From an uncultured archaeon (GTDB taxonomy: Archaea > Asgardarchaeota > Lokiarchaeia > Sigyniarchaeales > SOKP01): a DNA stretch of 64,000 bases. The stretch covers positions 128,001 through 192,000 of the forward strand of contig CAZALK010000007.1 in the NCBI GenBank assembly GCA_964486045.1, written 5' to 3'. Made by a program: the position numbers and the translations under genes. The notes beneath the pieces were generated by a model. The model saw only the letters and a program-made list of their open reading frames with translations. It had not been told where the DNA came from and did not search any database. Below, in pieces: positions 24,171 to 33,678 of this stretch. How positions within the stretch are numbered: the stretch's first letter is position 1; each line of letters starts with the position of its first letter.

Positions 24171-25475
24171 TTATCTTTTTAACTTCTTTATTTTAGATAT
24201 TCCCCTGCTTATTCGATATAATATATCTTCAATTTCTGTGGGTTTTACAATTAATGGGGGCATTAGGATATGAGTGTTTTTTTTGTTTCCACAGTAATTC
24301 AATAAAACTCCTTCTTTTATTATGGAAAGCATCCCTAATCGGCTATTTTCTTCATCAAAAAATTCCATACCCCACATCAAACCTCTTCCCCTAACTTCTT
24401 TAATAATATCAGAATTTTGTTTCGCAATCTTTTCCAACCCATTACCAAACATCTTTCCCATATCCTTAACATGATTTAAAAATTCTGGGTCTGATTGTAT
24501 CTCTAGCATTTCTATTGCTACAGCACATCCAAGATCCGACCCTCCAGTAGTAGAGATATGAATAAAGGCATCTTTATTAAAAACTGCTTTTTCTATAAAT
24601 GGTTTATAACTACACGTTGATAAAGGATAAATTCCAGAGCTCATACCTTTCCCGCATACAATAAAATCAGGTATAACTTTTTCTTCTGGATACAAACCCC
24701 CAATGATTGCCCAAAAATGCCCAGTCCGCCCCAATCCTGCTTGAACTTCATCAATAATCAGCATTACACCATTTTCATCACAAATCTCTCGAACTTCGGG
24801 AAAATAGTCCTTAGGGGCAATTATAACACCTCCAGTAGCAGGAATTGTTTCTAAAATCACACATGCAACTTCTTCATTTACAACTTCCCTCAAAGCATTC
24901 ACATCTCCAAAAAGTACTTGTTTAAATTCAGGCAGGTTCCATAAAAAGGGATCTTTAAAATCAGGATCACCAGTTAATAATGCAAACCCCGTATGACCAT
25001 GATAACCTCCTTTCGCTGATATACAGCCTTTTCTTTTAGTAAATGCTCTTGAAAATTTAATAGCTGTGTCAACTGCCTCACCACCACTAACTCCAAATGT
25101 TGTTTTGCTAATCTCACCAGGCATTAGTTCTGCTAATTTTTTTCCTAATAATGCTCGTTGTTCTGAGAGTAGCATATGATCTCCAAGATCTAATCCGCCA
25201 TTTAATGCATTTTTAAGACTTTGTAAAATTCTCGGATTTCTATGCCCTAAATTAAAGACTCCTCCAGATGATCGGCAGTTATACAACACTATTGGAGGTT
25301 CACCTTCTCTTAATCCTTCCAATGTTCTTAGTTTTATCCCTTCTCTTTTACCAGGAATTACTCCTAGACCAAAACCTTTAAAAGTTCGCACTTTCGCAGC
25401 ATTTACATGTTTTGAATAGAGTTTTAGCAATTTTTTTTGAGATAATGAACCAATATACTTTTTTGATTTCTCCAT
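24171..25475 (-). CDS. Class III PLP aminotransferase (putrescine/acetylornithine-type)
   Basis: SGGEAVD, YHGHT, DEVQAGLGRTG, GKGMSSG, VRGRGLM. Confidence 0.92.
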   Translation of the reverse strand: MEKSKKYIGSLSQKKLLKLYSKHVNAAKVRTFKGFGLGVIPGKREGIKLRTLEGLREGEPPIVLYNCRSSGGVFNLGHRNPRILQSLKNALNGGLDLGDHMLLSEQRALLGKKLAELMPGEISKTTFGVSGGEAVDTAIKFSRAFTKRKGCISAKGGYHGHTGFALLTGDPDFKDPFLWNLPEFKQVLFGDVNALREVVNEEVACVILETIPATGGVIIAPKDYFPEVREICDENGVMLIIDEVQAGLGRTGHFWAIIGGLYPEEKVIPDFIVCGKGMSSGIYPLSTCSYKPFIEKAVFNKDAFIHISTTGGSDLGCAVAIEMLEIQSDPEFLNHVKDMGKMFGNGLEKIAKQNSDIIKEVRGRGLMWGMEFFDEENSRLGMLSIIKEGVLLNYCGNKKNTHILMPPLIVKPTEIEDILYRISRGISKIKKLKR

Positions 25476-25806
25476 AATTGTAATTATAAAAGAATAAATT
25501 TATTAAAATTATGAATTAACGTAGAATTCGAGAAAGGTTATTGATTTAATTTTGAAGCTTCTTCAGCAACTAAATTATTTGAAAACATAAAATTTTCAAG
25601 AATAAATGCTCAATCAATTGGTAAGAAAATAATTGCATACAAAATTGTGAAATACCTTTATGAATTTTAATTTTAGAGATGATATTATGAATTCTTTATA
25701 TTATCCACTTAATATCCAGATATTTCAGAAATCTAAAATAAAAAGAATAAAGAAAAAAAATTGCAGACTTGTTTATTAACTCCGCCAAAATAGCGAACTG
25801 GCTAAC

Positions 25807-25899
25807 TTAAAATTCGTATCCACATTTCTTGCAGACCTGTTCTTTTGCATACATCGGAATATGTCCAATATAGCTTAAAACATTACTTTTATCTTCAAC
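25807..25899 (-). pseudogene. Diverged duplicate of the 3' end of the upstream coiled-coil/Zn-ribbon gene
   Basis: VEDKSNVLSYIGHIPMYAKEQVCKKCGYEF* vs IEDKSKVLSYISHIPMYAKKQVCKKCGYEF* at 26254. Confidence 0.75.
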
Positions 25900-26030
25900 G
25901 AAAGATGAAGCTTTATATAAATATAATTTTTGCGAATAAATCACTTTTCATTTTCGCATGATGCCCCCTATCAATAGCTTAAGCTTATTAGTAGATGTAA
26001 AAATAATTTACTTAGTTGAATAAAAATCAT

Positions 26031-26189
26031 ACCGTTACCACTTGGTGGTTGGACTGATTCATAAACTTGAGCTAACCATCTATACTAATTCTTGCAAGGA
26101 AGAAGCATAGGATTGGGAGATATTATTTCCCAGAGTTTTGATAGAAGAGAAAAATCTTCAGCAAAACTATCTCTGATTTCATTATTTGG
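26031..26189 (-). pseudogene. Fragment resembling a type I restriction subunit HsdR C-terminal region
   Basis: PNNEIRDSFAEDFSLLSKLWEIISPNPMLLPCKN*YRWLAQVYESVQPPSGNG with an internal stop; family assignment from recalled similarity only. Confidence 0.45.
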
Positions 26190-26253
26190 GACAAATACAT
26201 AAAATTTTATATAAAATAAAGAGAAATGAAAAAAGAAATATTAAAAAAAAAGT

Positions 26254-27177
26254 TCAGAACTCGTAGCCGCATTTTTTGCAAACTTGCTTCTTTGCATACA
26301 TCGGGATGTGGCTAATATAACTTAAGACTTTACTCTTATCTTCGATTTGCTTGATATCATGGCCAACTGCGCCACACATTGGACAAGTAATTCTTTCTTC
26401 ACTTGCAAAACCGCCTGTACCTATATCAGGAGGTTTCAATTCTTCTAACTCAGTCTCTACTTCGCTGAGGTGAACAGATGCGGATTCAATTTTATGGTCT
26501 CTTTCTGATACAGATTCACTTAGTTCTTGGACTTGTGTATCTCTTTGTAATAAAGTGTTATTTATTTCACTTAGTTGTGAGGTTAATTGGGTAACTTCTT
26601 CTTGAGATGCTGAAATTTTAGAAGTTAAATCTTCAATTTCAGATTTTAAATTACTAATTTCCCCTTGATTTGCAGAACTGGAGCTATTGGCTTCATTTAA
26701 TTGTGCTTCTAAACCTTCGGCATTTTGTTTAGCAGTTTCTAAAGCTGAAGTTAAATTTGCTACATTTTCTTCTGTTGAACTTATTTTAGAATCTTTTAGT
26801 GCAAGGTTGTTTTCAAGGTCACTTATTTTAGTCTTGAATTCTTCTAATTCAGTACTTAGAGAAACATTTTCAGTAGTTAAATTAGTAATAGTTTGATCTT
26901 TTTCTTTGATTGTAGCTTGATCATCTGCAAGGGTTTTTTCAAGTGTATTCTGAGTATCAGCAAGGGTACCTTTTGTTTCATCAAGATTATTTTTTATATC
27001 AATCAGTTCAGTTTCAGTTCTCTTTTGATGTTCTTTTGCTTGTGTTAATTCAGTTTTAGATTCATTTAATTGTTTTTCCAGATCATTTACCTTAGCTCTA
27101 AGATCTAATAAGAGTCTACCTTCTACGGCCACTTTCTTATCTGGCTTTGATTCAGCTTTTTCCCAGTCAATACTAAT
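26254..27177 (-). CDS. Long coiled-coil protein with C-terminal zinc ribbon, probable ATT start
   Basis: Heptad repeats, CPMC...CKKC; frame extends 15 codons to ATT (ISIDWEKAESKPDKK) after AGGTGA SD. Confidence 0.8.
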   Translation of the reverse strand: MSIDWEKAESKPDKKVAVEGRLLLDLRAKVNDLEKQLNESKTELTQAKEHQKRTETELIDIKNNLDETKGTLADTQNTLEKTLADDQATIKEKDQTITNLTTENVSLSTELEEFKTKISDLENNLALKDSKISSTEENVANLTSALETAKQNAEGLEAQLNEANSSSSANQGEISNLKSEIEDLTSKISASQEEVTQLTSQLSEINNTLLQRDTQVQELSESVSERDHKIESASVHLSEVETELEELKPPDIGTGGFASEERITCPMCGAVGHDIKQIEDKSKVLSYISHIPMYAKKQVCKKCGYEF

Positions 27178-27384
27178 AACATTTCACCTTTGAGTATTTC
27201 AAATATCGATAATTTTAAAATTAGTTTATTGAATTGATTTGATTATTAATATATATCATATTGAATTAAGCTTTTAATTTTTTTTGACTTTAAAGTTTAA
27301 AAAATATGTATCAAGTATTATGATAATTATTTTTAAGGTTATAATAAATTATAATGAAATAATAAGTGAAACTGGATAAAATAA

Positions 27385-28233
27385 ATGGACCAACCAGACA
27401 ATCCACGAATAAAAATTGAATATATTTCTACTTCGGGAGTATTTAAAACACCTTTTACAATAATAATACTTTTTCAGTTGTTTTTTGGGTATTTTGTCGC
27501 ATTCTTAATAAATATATGGTTTTATAATGACTTGTATTTTCTTCTAACAAAAAAAAGTTTTTTATCTTTTGTCTTGATTGGGCAATGGTGGGAATGGCTT
27601 TTGCTTCCACTGAATCTTTATGGAACCATCTATGTGTTTGTTTTTTCTATCATTTTATGTTCAGGAGGGATAAATAAGATTTTAAAACGATTATGTCCGC
27701 TTAAAGAAGGGGTATTCAAAAAGGGAAGTAAAGAATGGAAATATACTCATCGAAGATTTTGGAATGCCTATTTTCCAATTTGGCTGGCAAGAGCAATTCC
27801 AATACCTTGGTCAGATATTTTTGTTTACAGATTATTTGGTGTTCCAATTGGGAAAAATGTTGTTGCTTACGAAGGATATATTGATCCTGAGCTTGTAGAA
27901 ATCGGAGATTTTACCATGACTTCATTAAACATATGCATCTTCTCACATTTACTATACCATGAACACATTATTATCAAGAAGGTAAAAATAGGTAAAGCAT
28001 GCGTTGTAGGGCCTCAATCAATAATAAGCCCTGGTACTATCATGCAAGATGGAGCGATTTTAGGAGCAAATAGCTATACATGGATAGATCAAGAATTAAA
28101 GGGGAATTTAATTCATGTTGGAACTCCTGTAAGTACGAGCTTTCCGATTCAATCAGTAGAAGAGTCAAAAGAAAAAGTAGAAAGAATAAAGGATGACATT
28201 TACGAAAATATGGAAGGAGGTGGTAAGAAATAA
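27385..28233 (+). CDS. Membrane protein with left-handed beta-helix (acyltransferase-like) domain
   Basis: Two N-terminal TM segments, YRLFGVPIGKNV, hexapeptide repeats VKIGKACVVG. Confidence 0.78.
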   Translation: MDQPDNPRIKIEYISTSGVFKTPFTIIILFQLFFGYFVAFLINIWFYNDLYFLLTKKSFLSFVLIGQWWEWLLLPLNLYGTIYVFVFSIILCSGGINKILKRLCPLKEGVFKKGSKEWKYTHRRFWNAYFPIWLARAIPIPWSDIFVYRLFGVPIGKNVVAYEGYIDPELVEIGDFTMTSLNICIFSHLLYHEHIIIKKVKIGKACVVGPQSIISPGTIMQDGAILGANSYTWIDQELKGNLIHVGTPVSTSFPIQSVEESKEKVERIKDDIYENMEGGGKK

Positions 28234-28971
28234 ATGTTCCAACCCGCGAGTTTAAAGGGTGAATCTCCTACACCGATAGATGAGAGGTTACGAAACAAAT
28301 ACATAATCATTTATTTGATTATTATAGTCCTTAGTTTTATCCCTTGTTCTATATTTGAATACGTTTATATTTTATTATTGTGGGTGGAAGATTTTCATTT
28401 ATTATTCTTTCTTTTACTACCATTTAATTTCATTATTTTTATTTATTTGCTCCAGTTGAGTGCGATATTATTTTCCGTATTATCTTTAACTATCATTAAT
28501 CTTATTAATTCACCGAAAGAAGGAAATTTTTCTCGAGATATTCATGACAAAAATTATCTATTCTGGAATCTAAGAAACATTTCAAAAAAATGGGCACTGT
28601 TTATTACAGCTTCAAATCCACTCCCCTGGTTAAAAAATCGGTTTACACTTAAATTTTTCGGTGTAAAGATTGGTAAGAAATGTTTATGCTACACATGTTG
28701 GATTTCTTCTGAGTTTGTAGAAATTGGTGATAATGTTATAATTGGAATGGGAAGTACTCTTTTGAGTTTTGGAATTGAGCAAGATAAATTCTTTTTAAAA
28801 AAAATTCAAATAGAAGATGATGTAATAATTGGGGCTAAATGTGTATTATTGCCTGGGACAGTTCTAAAAAAAGGAGCAAAATTATCTGCTCATTCCTATA
28901 CAAAATATAATGATATATTAGCTGAAAATTCAATTTACAAAGGTCATCCAGCAAAATTAAAAGAAGCATAA
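28234..28971 (+). CDS. Paralogous membrane LbH acyltransferase-like protein
   Basis: TM segments, FFGVKIGKK, IGDNVIIG, IEDDVIIGAKCVLLPG, YKGHPAK. Confidence 0.78.
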   Translation: MFQPASLKGESPTPIDERLRNKYIIIYLIIIVLSFIPCSIFEYVYILLLWVEDFHLLFFLLLPFNFIIFIYLLQLSAILFSVLSLTIINLINSPKEGNFSRDIHDKNYLFWNLRNISKKWALFITASNPLPWLKNRFTLKFFGVKIGKKCLCYTCWISSEFVEIGDNVIIGMGSTLLSFGIEQDKFFLKKIQIEDDVIIGAKCVLLPGTVLKKGAKLSAHSYTKYNDILAENSIYKGHPAKLKEA

Positions 28972-28977
28972 GTTGAT

Positions 28978-30572
28978 ATGATAAAAGAAAATAATGTCAA
29001 ATTAAATCCAAAACAAAAATTTGAGACAAAAAAGAGATTTGTAATTATCTCTGATACCCATATTAGTCGATCGGGGGGTGCTTTTAACCTTCATACCTTC
29101 AACTTAGGTATAGAGCAAATAAATAAAGTAAAAGATGTCGATTTGTTTTTGCATTTAGGGGATATCACCCAAAATGGTACTTTATTGGAGTATGAGTACG
29201 CATTAGAGCAATTAGAAAAATTTCAACCTGTTTCTAAGTGCCCATTAATATATCTTATTGGGAATCACGATGCTATGAATGTAGGGTACCTCCTTTTTGA
29301 AGAAATGGTTGGAGAAAGGCATATTGAATATGAAGATGATGAAATCTTTATTATAGGAATTGATAGCACTAAACCTGACCTTCCTGGGGGAATAATTCAC
29401 CATAACATAATAGAACTCGTTAGGGCCGAATTAATGAAGAGAGAAAGAGAAGATAAATTCAAAGTTGTGTGTTTTCATCACCAACTAATCCCAATCCCTA
29501 ATACTGGGAAAGAAAGATCTGCTATTGACGATTCAGGAGATATGCTTCAAATGCTTTTAGAAACAAATGCAGATTTAGTTTTAAATGGGCATCGACACAC
29601 GTCAAATTTATACACTTTAAGCAATAGTGAAAAAGACCTTTACATATTTAATGCGGGTACATTCTGTTGTAATAAAACTAGATATCGTGATTTATTTACG
29701 TATGCAATTATAGATATCGAGGGATGTAAACTCAACTTTAAAGTGATTCCTGTATTAGATTCTAACTCATTGCAAGAAATAATCGTGAAGTCAATTATTA
29801 TCTTCCATTAGAAATAGAAAAAAGCAAAAAACCATTATGTAGGTTAATTCAATTGTCACACTCAATGATAACCGAAAGGATGGAAAATCAATTCACTAAT
29901 TTCGATAGGGCGATTGAAAAAATCAACACAATTAAAGATATTGATTTGGTCATACACACTGGTAACGTTACTCATAATAGTTATAAAGAAGAATTTAGAA
30001 TAGCTAAGGATAAAATAAATAGATTAATTTATCCATATCTAGTCGTTCCTGGATATACAGACTCAAAACCGCCTTACTGGGAATACTGGAAAAGATATTT
30101 CAATGAATTTGATCCAGTCTTCGAAAATGAGAAGTTTTATTTTCAAGGATTAAATTCTACTACTAGAGATTCAACAGAGGGTTTCATTGGGAGAAATAGA
30201 ATGAATAAGTTTATCGAAAAAGTTTTAACAATTAGCCATCAAAAAATATTAGGAGTTTGCTGTTTTCATAGTCTAATCCCTACACCTTTAAGTGTCTGGC
30301 GGACTGAATTAATCGATTCTGGAGATGTACTTTCTCAATTTGCGCGATCTCAAATAGATCTCTGCTTAAATAGCTCACCAAGTATAAATTTTAATGTAAA
30401 GATTGATAACACGATATTCACTAATGGTGGATCCCTTAATCCTGAGAGGTTTAACGAGTCTTTTATCGAAATAGAGATTTTTAAAAAAGGGTTTGTTATA
30501 CTCAAGGAACACGACTTAAAGACGGGGCAAATAAAAGTAGTTGGTACATATACAATAACAATTTTCACATAA
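28978..30572 (+). CDS. Tandem metallophosphoesterase, split by a 1-nt frameshift near 29780
   Basis: Domain 1 has DTH, GDIT, GNHD, HH, GHRH; domain 2 is degenerate (SHS, GNVT, GYTD); second frame continues NREVNYYLPLEIEKSKKPLCRLIQLSHS from ~29781. Confidence 0.8.
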
Positions 30573-30725
30573 TTGATGAAAATGAATTCTTTGGGAATTC
30601 AACATATTTCTTAACTTAAAACAAACTTAAAAAGTGTTTTTTTACTAATAAAACTAAGGTTAAACACTCTAATATTAAGATTTTTTAGAGTATTATATTA
30701 ATTTTAATTATTTTAAGTTATTCTA

Positions 30726-31007
30726 ATGGCCAAAATCAAACTAAATTTATTAAATATTTTCCAGCTGAGAACCGATAAGAAATTTATTGAGTACGAAGGC
30801 AAAACAGTAGGTGACATTATCTCACAGTTTCTAGTTGACCATAAAAGTAAATTAGATGGTGAAATATTAAGTAAAAATAAGAAGAAGTTTAATTCTCAAG
30901 TGCTTATACTGTTAAATGGAAGGAATATTAAATATCTGAAAGATTATAAAACAAAACTTAAAGAATCTGATGAAATGTATCTTAGTTTTGCTTTAGCTGG
31001 GGGATAA
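30726..31007 (+). CDS. MoaD/SAMP-like ubiquitin-fold sulfur carrier
   Basis: ILLNGRNI, TKLKESD, C-terminal LAGG. Confidence 0.9.
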   Translation: MAKIKLNLLNIFQLRTDKKFIEYEGKTVGDIISQFLVDHKSKLDGEILSKNKKKFNSQVLILLNGRNIKYLKDYKTKLKESDEMYLSFALAGG

Positions 31008-31162
31008 AGCAAATATATCGAGTTTGTAAACGTTAACCTTAAATATTAAAATAATCATATTTTTTTTACTAAAAGCGATTCTTTATTAGTAGTTTTAAAT
31101 TTTGAATATATTAGGATAGAGCTTTTAGAAATACAATTGTACTATTACAAAGGTGTATATTA

Positions 31163-32095
31163 TTGAGGAAAATAGCATTTCTTGGTCTAGACAATGCGGG
31201 TAAGACCAGCATAATTACTGCAATTTCGAAACGATTTGGATTTGAGGATACTGTGGCTAAATTAATGCCAACAAGGAGAATCGCTCGTGATACTTTCAAA
31301 TTTTTAGGATTGGAATTTTCCAGACTAGATTTTGGTGGTCAGAGAATTTATCGAGATGATTATCTAAAACATCCTGAGAAATTCTTAAATGGTATAGATT
31401 TAATCTATTACGTTATTGATGCTCAAGATTTTGATAGATATATTGAAACAATTGATTATTTGGATCAAGTACTGCTCTTTTTTAAAGAATCCCAAGAAGA
31501 TGTTATGGTTTCGGTTCTATTTCATAAGTTTGATCCACAACTTGTTGATGATGTCGAAATAAATAAAAGAATTTTAACATTAAAGCAAGCGTTAACAAGG
31601 TATTCTAATCACTTTGATATATTTTTCTTTGAAACAACGATATTCGATATTAAATCGATAATGGATGCTTTTTCTAGTGGTTTATCAATGTTATTTGATA
31701 AAATAGAATTGGTTTCTAATCTTTTTTCCGAAATCAGTAAGAACTATAATTCAATTTTGATTTCCCTTTTTGATGCTAAAGGTATAACCATTGGGGAGCA
31801 CCATCGCCCACACTTACAGCTAACTCAGAAATTAAAGATTTATGAAATTTATTTGGATTTACAAAAGCGTATTATTGCAGAAAATAGGAGGTTATTCGAA
31901 TTTTCTGATAAGTTTGAGAGTGGGGAAAGATTCTCAGGTATAATTGAAGTACTTAAATTTGGAAATTTAGATTTTTATCTTTTGTTTATCATAGAAGAAG
32001 ATGAAAAGGATTTAGAGAAGACTGTAACGGTTTTGGATAAAATTGAATCAGCAAAACCGCAAATGGAAAATTTGATTTTACAGATTATTCAATAA
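31163..32095 (+). CDS. Rag/Arf-like small GTPase with C-terminal roadblock/longin-like domain
   Basis: GLDNAGKT, PTR, DFGGQ, FHKFD, ETTIF; C-terminal ISLFDAKGITIG segment. Confidence 0.85.
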   Translation: MRKIAFLGLDNAGKTSIITAISKRFGFEDTVAKLMPTRRIARDTFKFLGLEFSRLDFGGQRIYRDDYLKHPEKFLNGIDLIYYVIDAQDFDRYIETIDYLDQVLLFFKESQEDVMVSVLFHKFDPQLVDDVEINKRILTLKQALTRYSNHFDIFFFETTIFDIKSIMDAFSSGLSMLFDKIELVSNLFSEISKNYNSILISLFDAKGITIGEHHRPHLQLTQKLKIYEIYLDLQKRIIAENRRLFEFSDKFESGERFSGIIEVLKFGNLDFYLLFIIEEDEKDLEKTVTVLDKIESAKPQMENLILQIIQ

Positions 32096-32177
32096 ATTAT
32101 AAATCCACTTTTAAATTAATTATGAGTTTTTTTTATTAATTTAGCCGATCTAATTATAATTTTCTGGTTTTAAATAA

Positions 32178-32282
32178 CGCAGATGGAGGGACTCGAACCC
32201 CCGAACGCTTTCGCGCACCAGCTTTCTCGAATGATAAGAAAAATACTCGAAGCTGGCGTCTTACCAGCTAGGCTACATCTGC
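32178..32282 (-). tRNA. tRNA-Ser(CGA) with 22-nt intron at 37/38 (32224..32245)
   Basis: Acceptor GCAGATG/CATCTGC, discriminator G, anticodon stem CCAGC/GCTGG, long variable arm GCGC-GAAA-GCGT, GGTTCGAGTCC T-arm; central helix TTCG/CGAG with bulges AGT and AAA. Confidence 0.95.
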
Positions 32283-32419
32283 TTTATGTTAATTTCATTC
32301 AAAATGTGATGATGTATACAGATCCATATGAAATTTAAAACTTCTCAAACTTAAATTACTTACTCTTTCAATCCAAGGAGCGTAAATGAAGAAGCTAATT
32401 TAGAAATTATGATTAAAAT

Positions 32420-32722
32420 TTATTGAGAAGTGGGAACATAAATTTTAAGCTTTAAAGACGGATTATAAAGTTTTATTAATCCTTCTTCTTCATATTGCTT
32501 TAATAATAATTTTGCTGTTGAGACTCTTATATCGAATTTTAACGCTAGATCAGTTGCTAAAATTGATTTTTTCTTTATGATCGAATCTCTGATTTCTTTC
32601 TCAATTTTTTTTGGAACAAAAGCATCTCGTTCGACGATAGTGATTTGCTTTGTTCTTCCATATTTTCTCCTAAGAGATATGGTCGCTTTCCTCACAACGA
32701 GTTTCTCATCTTTCTCAGACAT
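32420..32722 (-). CDS. rps25e: 30S ribosomal protein eS25
   Basis: ILATDLALKFDIRVSTAKLLLKQYEEEGLIK winged helix, basic N-terminus, IYVP end. Confidence 0.8.
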   Translation of the reverse strand: MSEKDEKLVVRKATISLRRKYGRTKQITIVERDAFVPKKIEKEIRDSIIKKKSILATDLALKFDIRVSTAKLLLKQYEEEGLIKLYNPSLKLKIYVPTSQ

Positions 32723-32866
32723 AATAAGGCAAGTTTATTGAATTACAGAATTAAAAATTAAATAGAATGAAATTATAAATATTTAGAATTAAATAAAATT
32801 TTTGGTTTATTATTTAAAACCTACTGGATTTTAATTAAACAATGCGTTAAATCAACTGGTTAATTT

Positions 32867-33505
32867 ATGATGAATTTGGACGGAGATTTTGACTTCGACG
32901 TAAAGAATAAACGACCAGAGGAAGAATGTGAAAAAGTCTCTGATTATTTTAATGGAGAAATCCTTAAAAAGTATGCAAGCTCAAAGACTATAATAAGAAT
33001 TCAAGAAAAAATTATTAAACGAGTCTTAGAATTATTGGATCTTAAAAAAAAAGATGCCCTAATCTTAGATGCTGGTTGTGGCCCAGGATTTGCTGGTATA
33101 TATTTAAAGGAGATAGGATACAGAATAGTAGCACTCGATCTAATCTCTGAATTCTTAAATTTTTATGACATTAATGATATAAATCCCATTAACTCAGATA
33201 TGTGTTTTATGCCTTTTAAGCCTAATATATTTGATGCTATAATTTCTATTTCTGCATTACAATGGGTATTTAGAGATACTAATAATAAAAATATGCATTT
33301 TTCACTTAAAAATCTCTCTAAATCTTTTTTTCACATTCTAAAGCCAAATTCCCGAGTAATTTTCCAATTTTATCCTAAGAACAAAGTGATTATGGAAGCT
33401 ATTGGCAAAATAATAGCTAATAATACTGGATTTACAGGAAATTTCATAATAGATAATCCAAATCACCACAAAAAAAGAAAAATCTTTCTTTTATTAGACA
33501 AATAA
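32867..33505 (+). CDS. bud23: Bud23/WBSCR22-like SSU rRNA m7G methyltransferase
   Basis: RPE..YF...KKYASS..IIRIQ....R.LELL, LDAGCGPG, FDAIISISALQW, FQFYPKN, GFTG..IID.P...K.RK.FL, matching Bud23 signature blocks. Confidence 0.85.
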   Translation: MMNLDGDFDFDVKNKRPEEECEKVSDYFNGEILKKYASSKTIIRIQEKIIKRVLELLDLKKKDALILDAGCGPGFAGIYLKEIGYRIVALDLISEFLNFYDINDINPINSDMCFMPFKPNIFDAIISISALQWVFRDTNNKNMHFSLKNLSKSFFHILKPNSRVIFQFYPKNKVIMEAIGKIIANNTGFTGNFIIDNPNHHKKRKIFLLLDK

Positions 33506-33678
33506 GTTCGAAATGAAGAATAAAAATTAGATGTTTTGTTTATATCACTGACTAGAATTGTTTCAAATTATCTGCGATACATAACGTTATATTTAACTTT
33601 TTTCATATTATTTTTAAAAATGTATTTATAATCAATTTTGGATAAATAAATAAAAAAATAAAAGTTGAATGATTTTCT

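Noticed and set aside
29770-29815. Hairpin AAGAAATAAT...ATTATTATCTT at the phosphoesterase frameshift as a third intron
   Set aside because: No 4-bp helix with 3-nt bulges; a single missing base explains the shift and the second frame reads through the region as plausible protein
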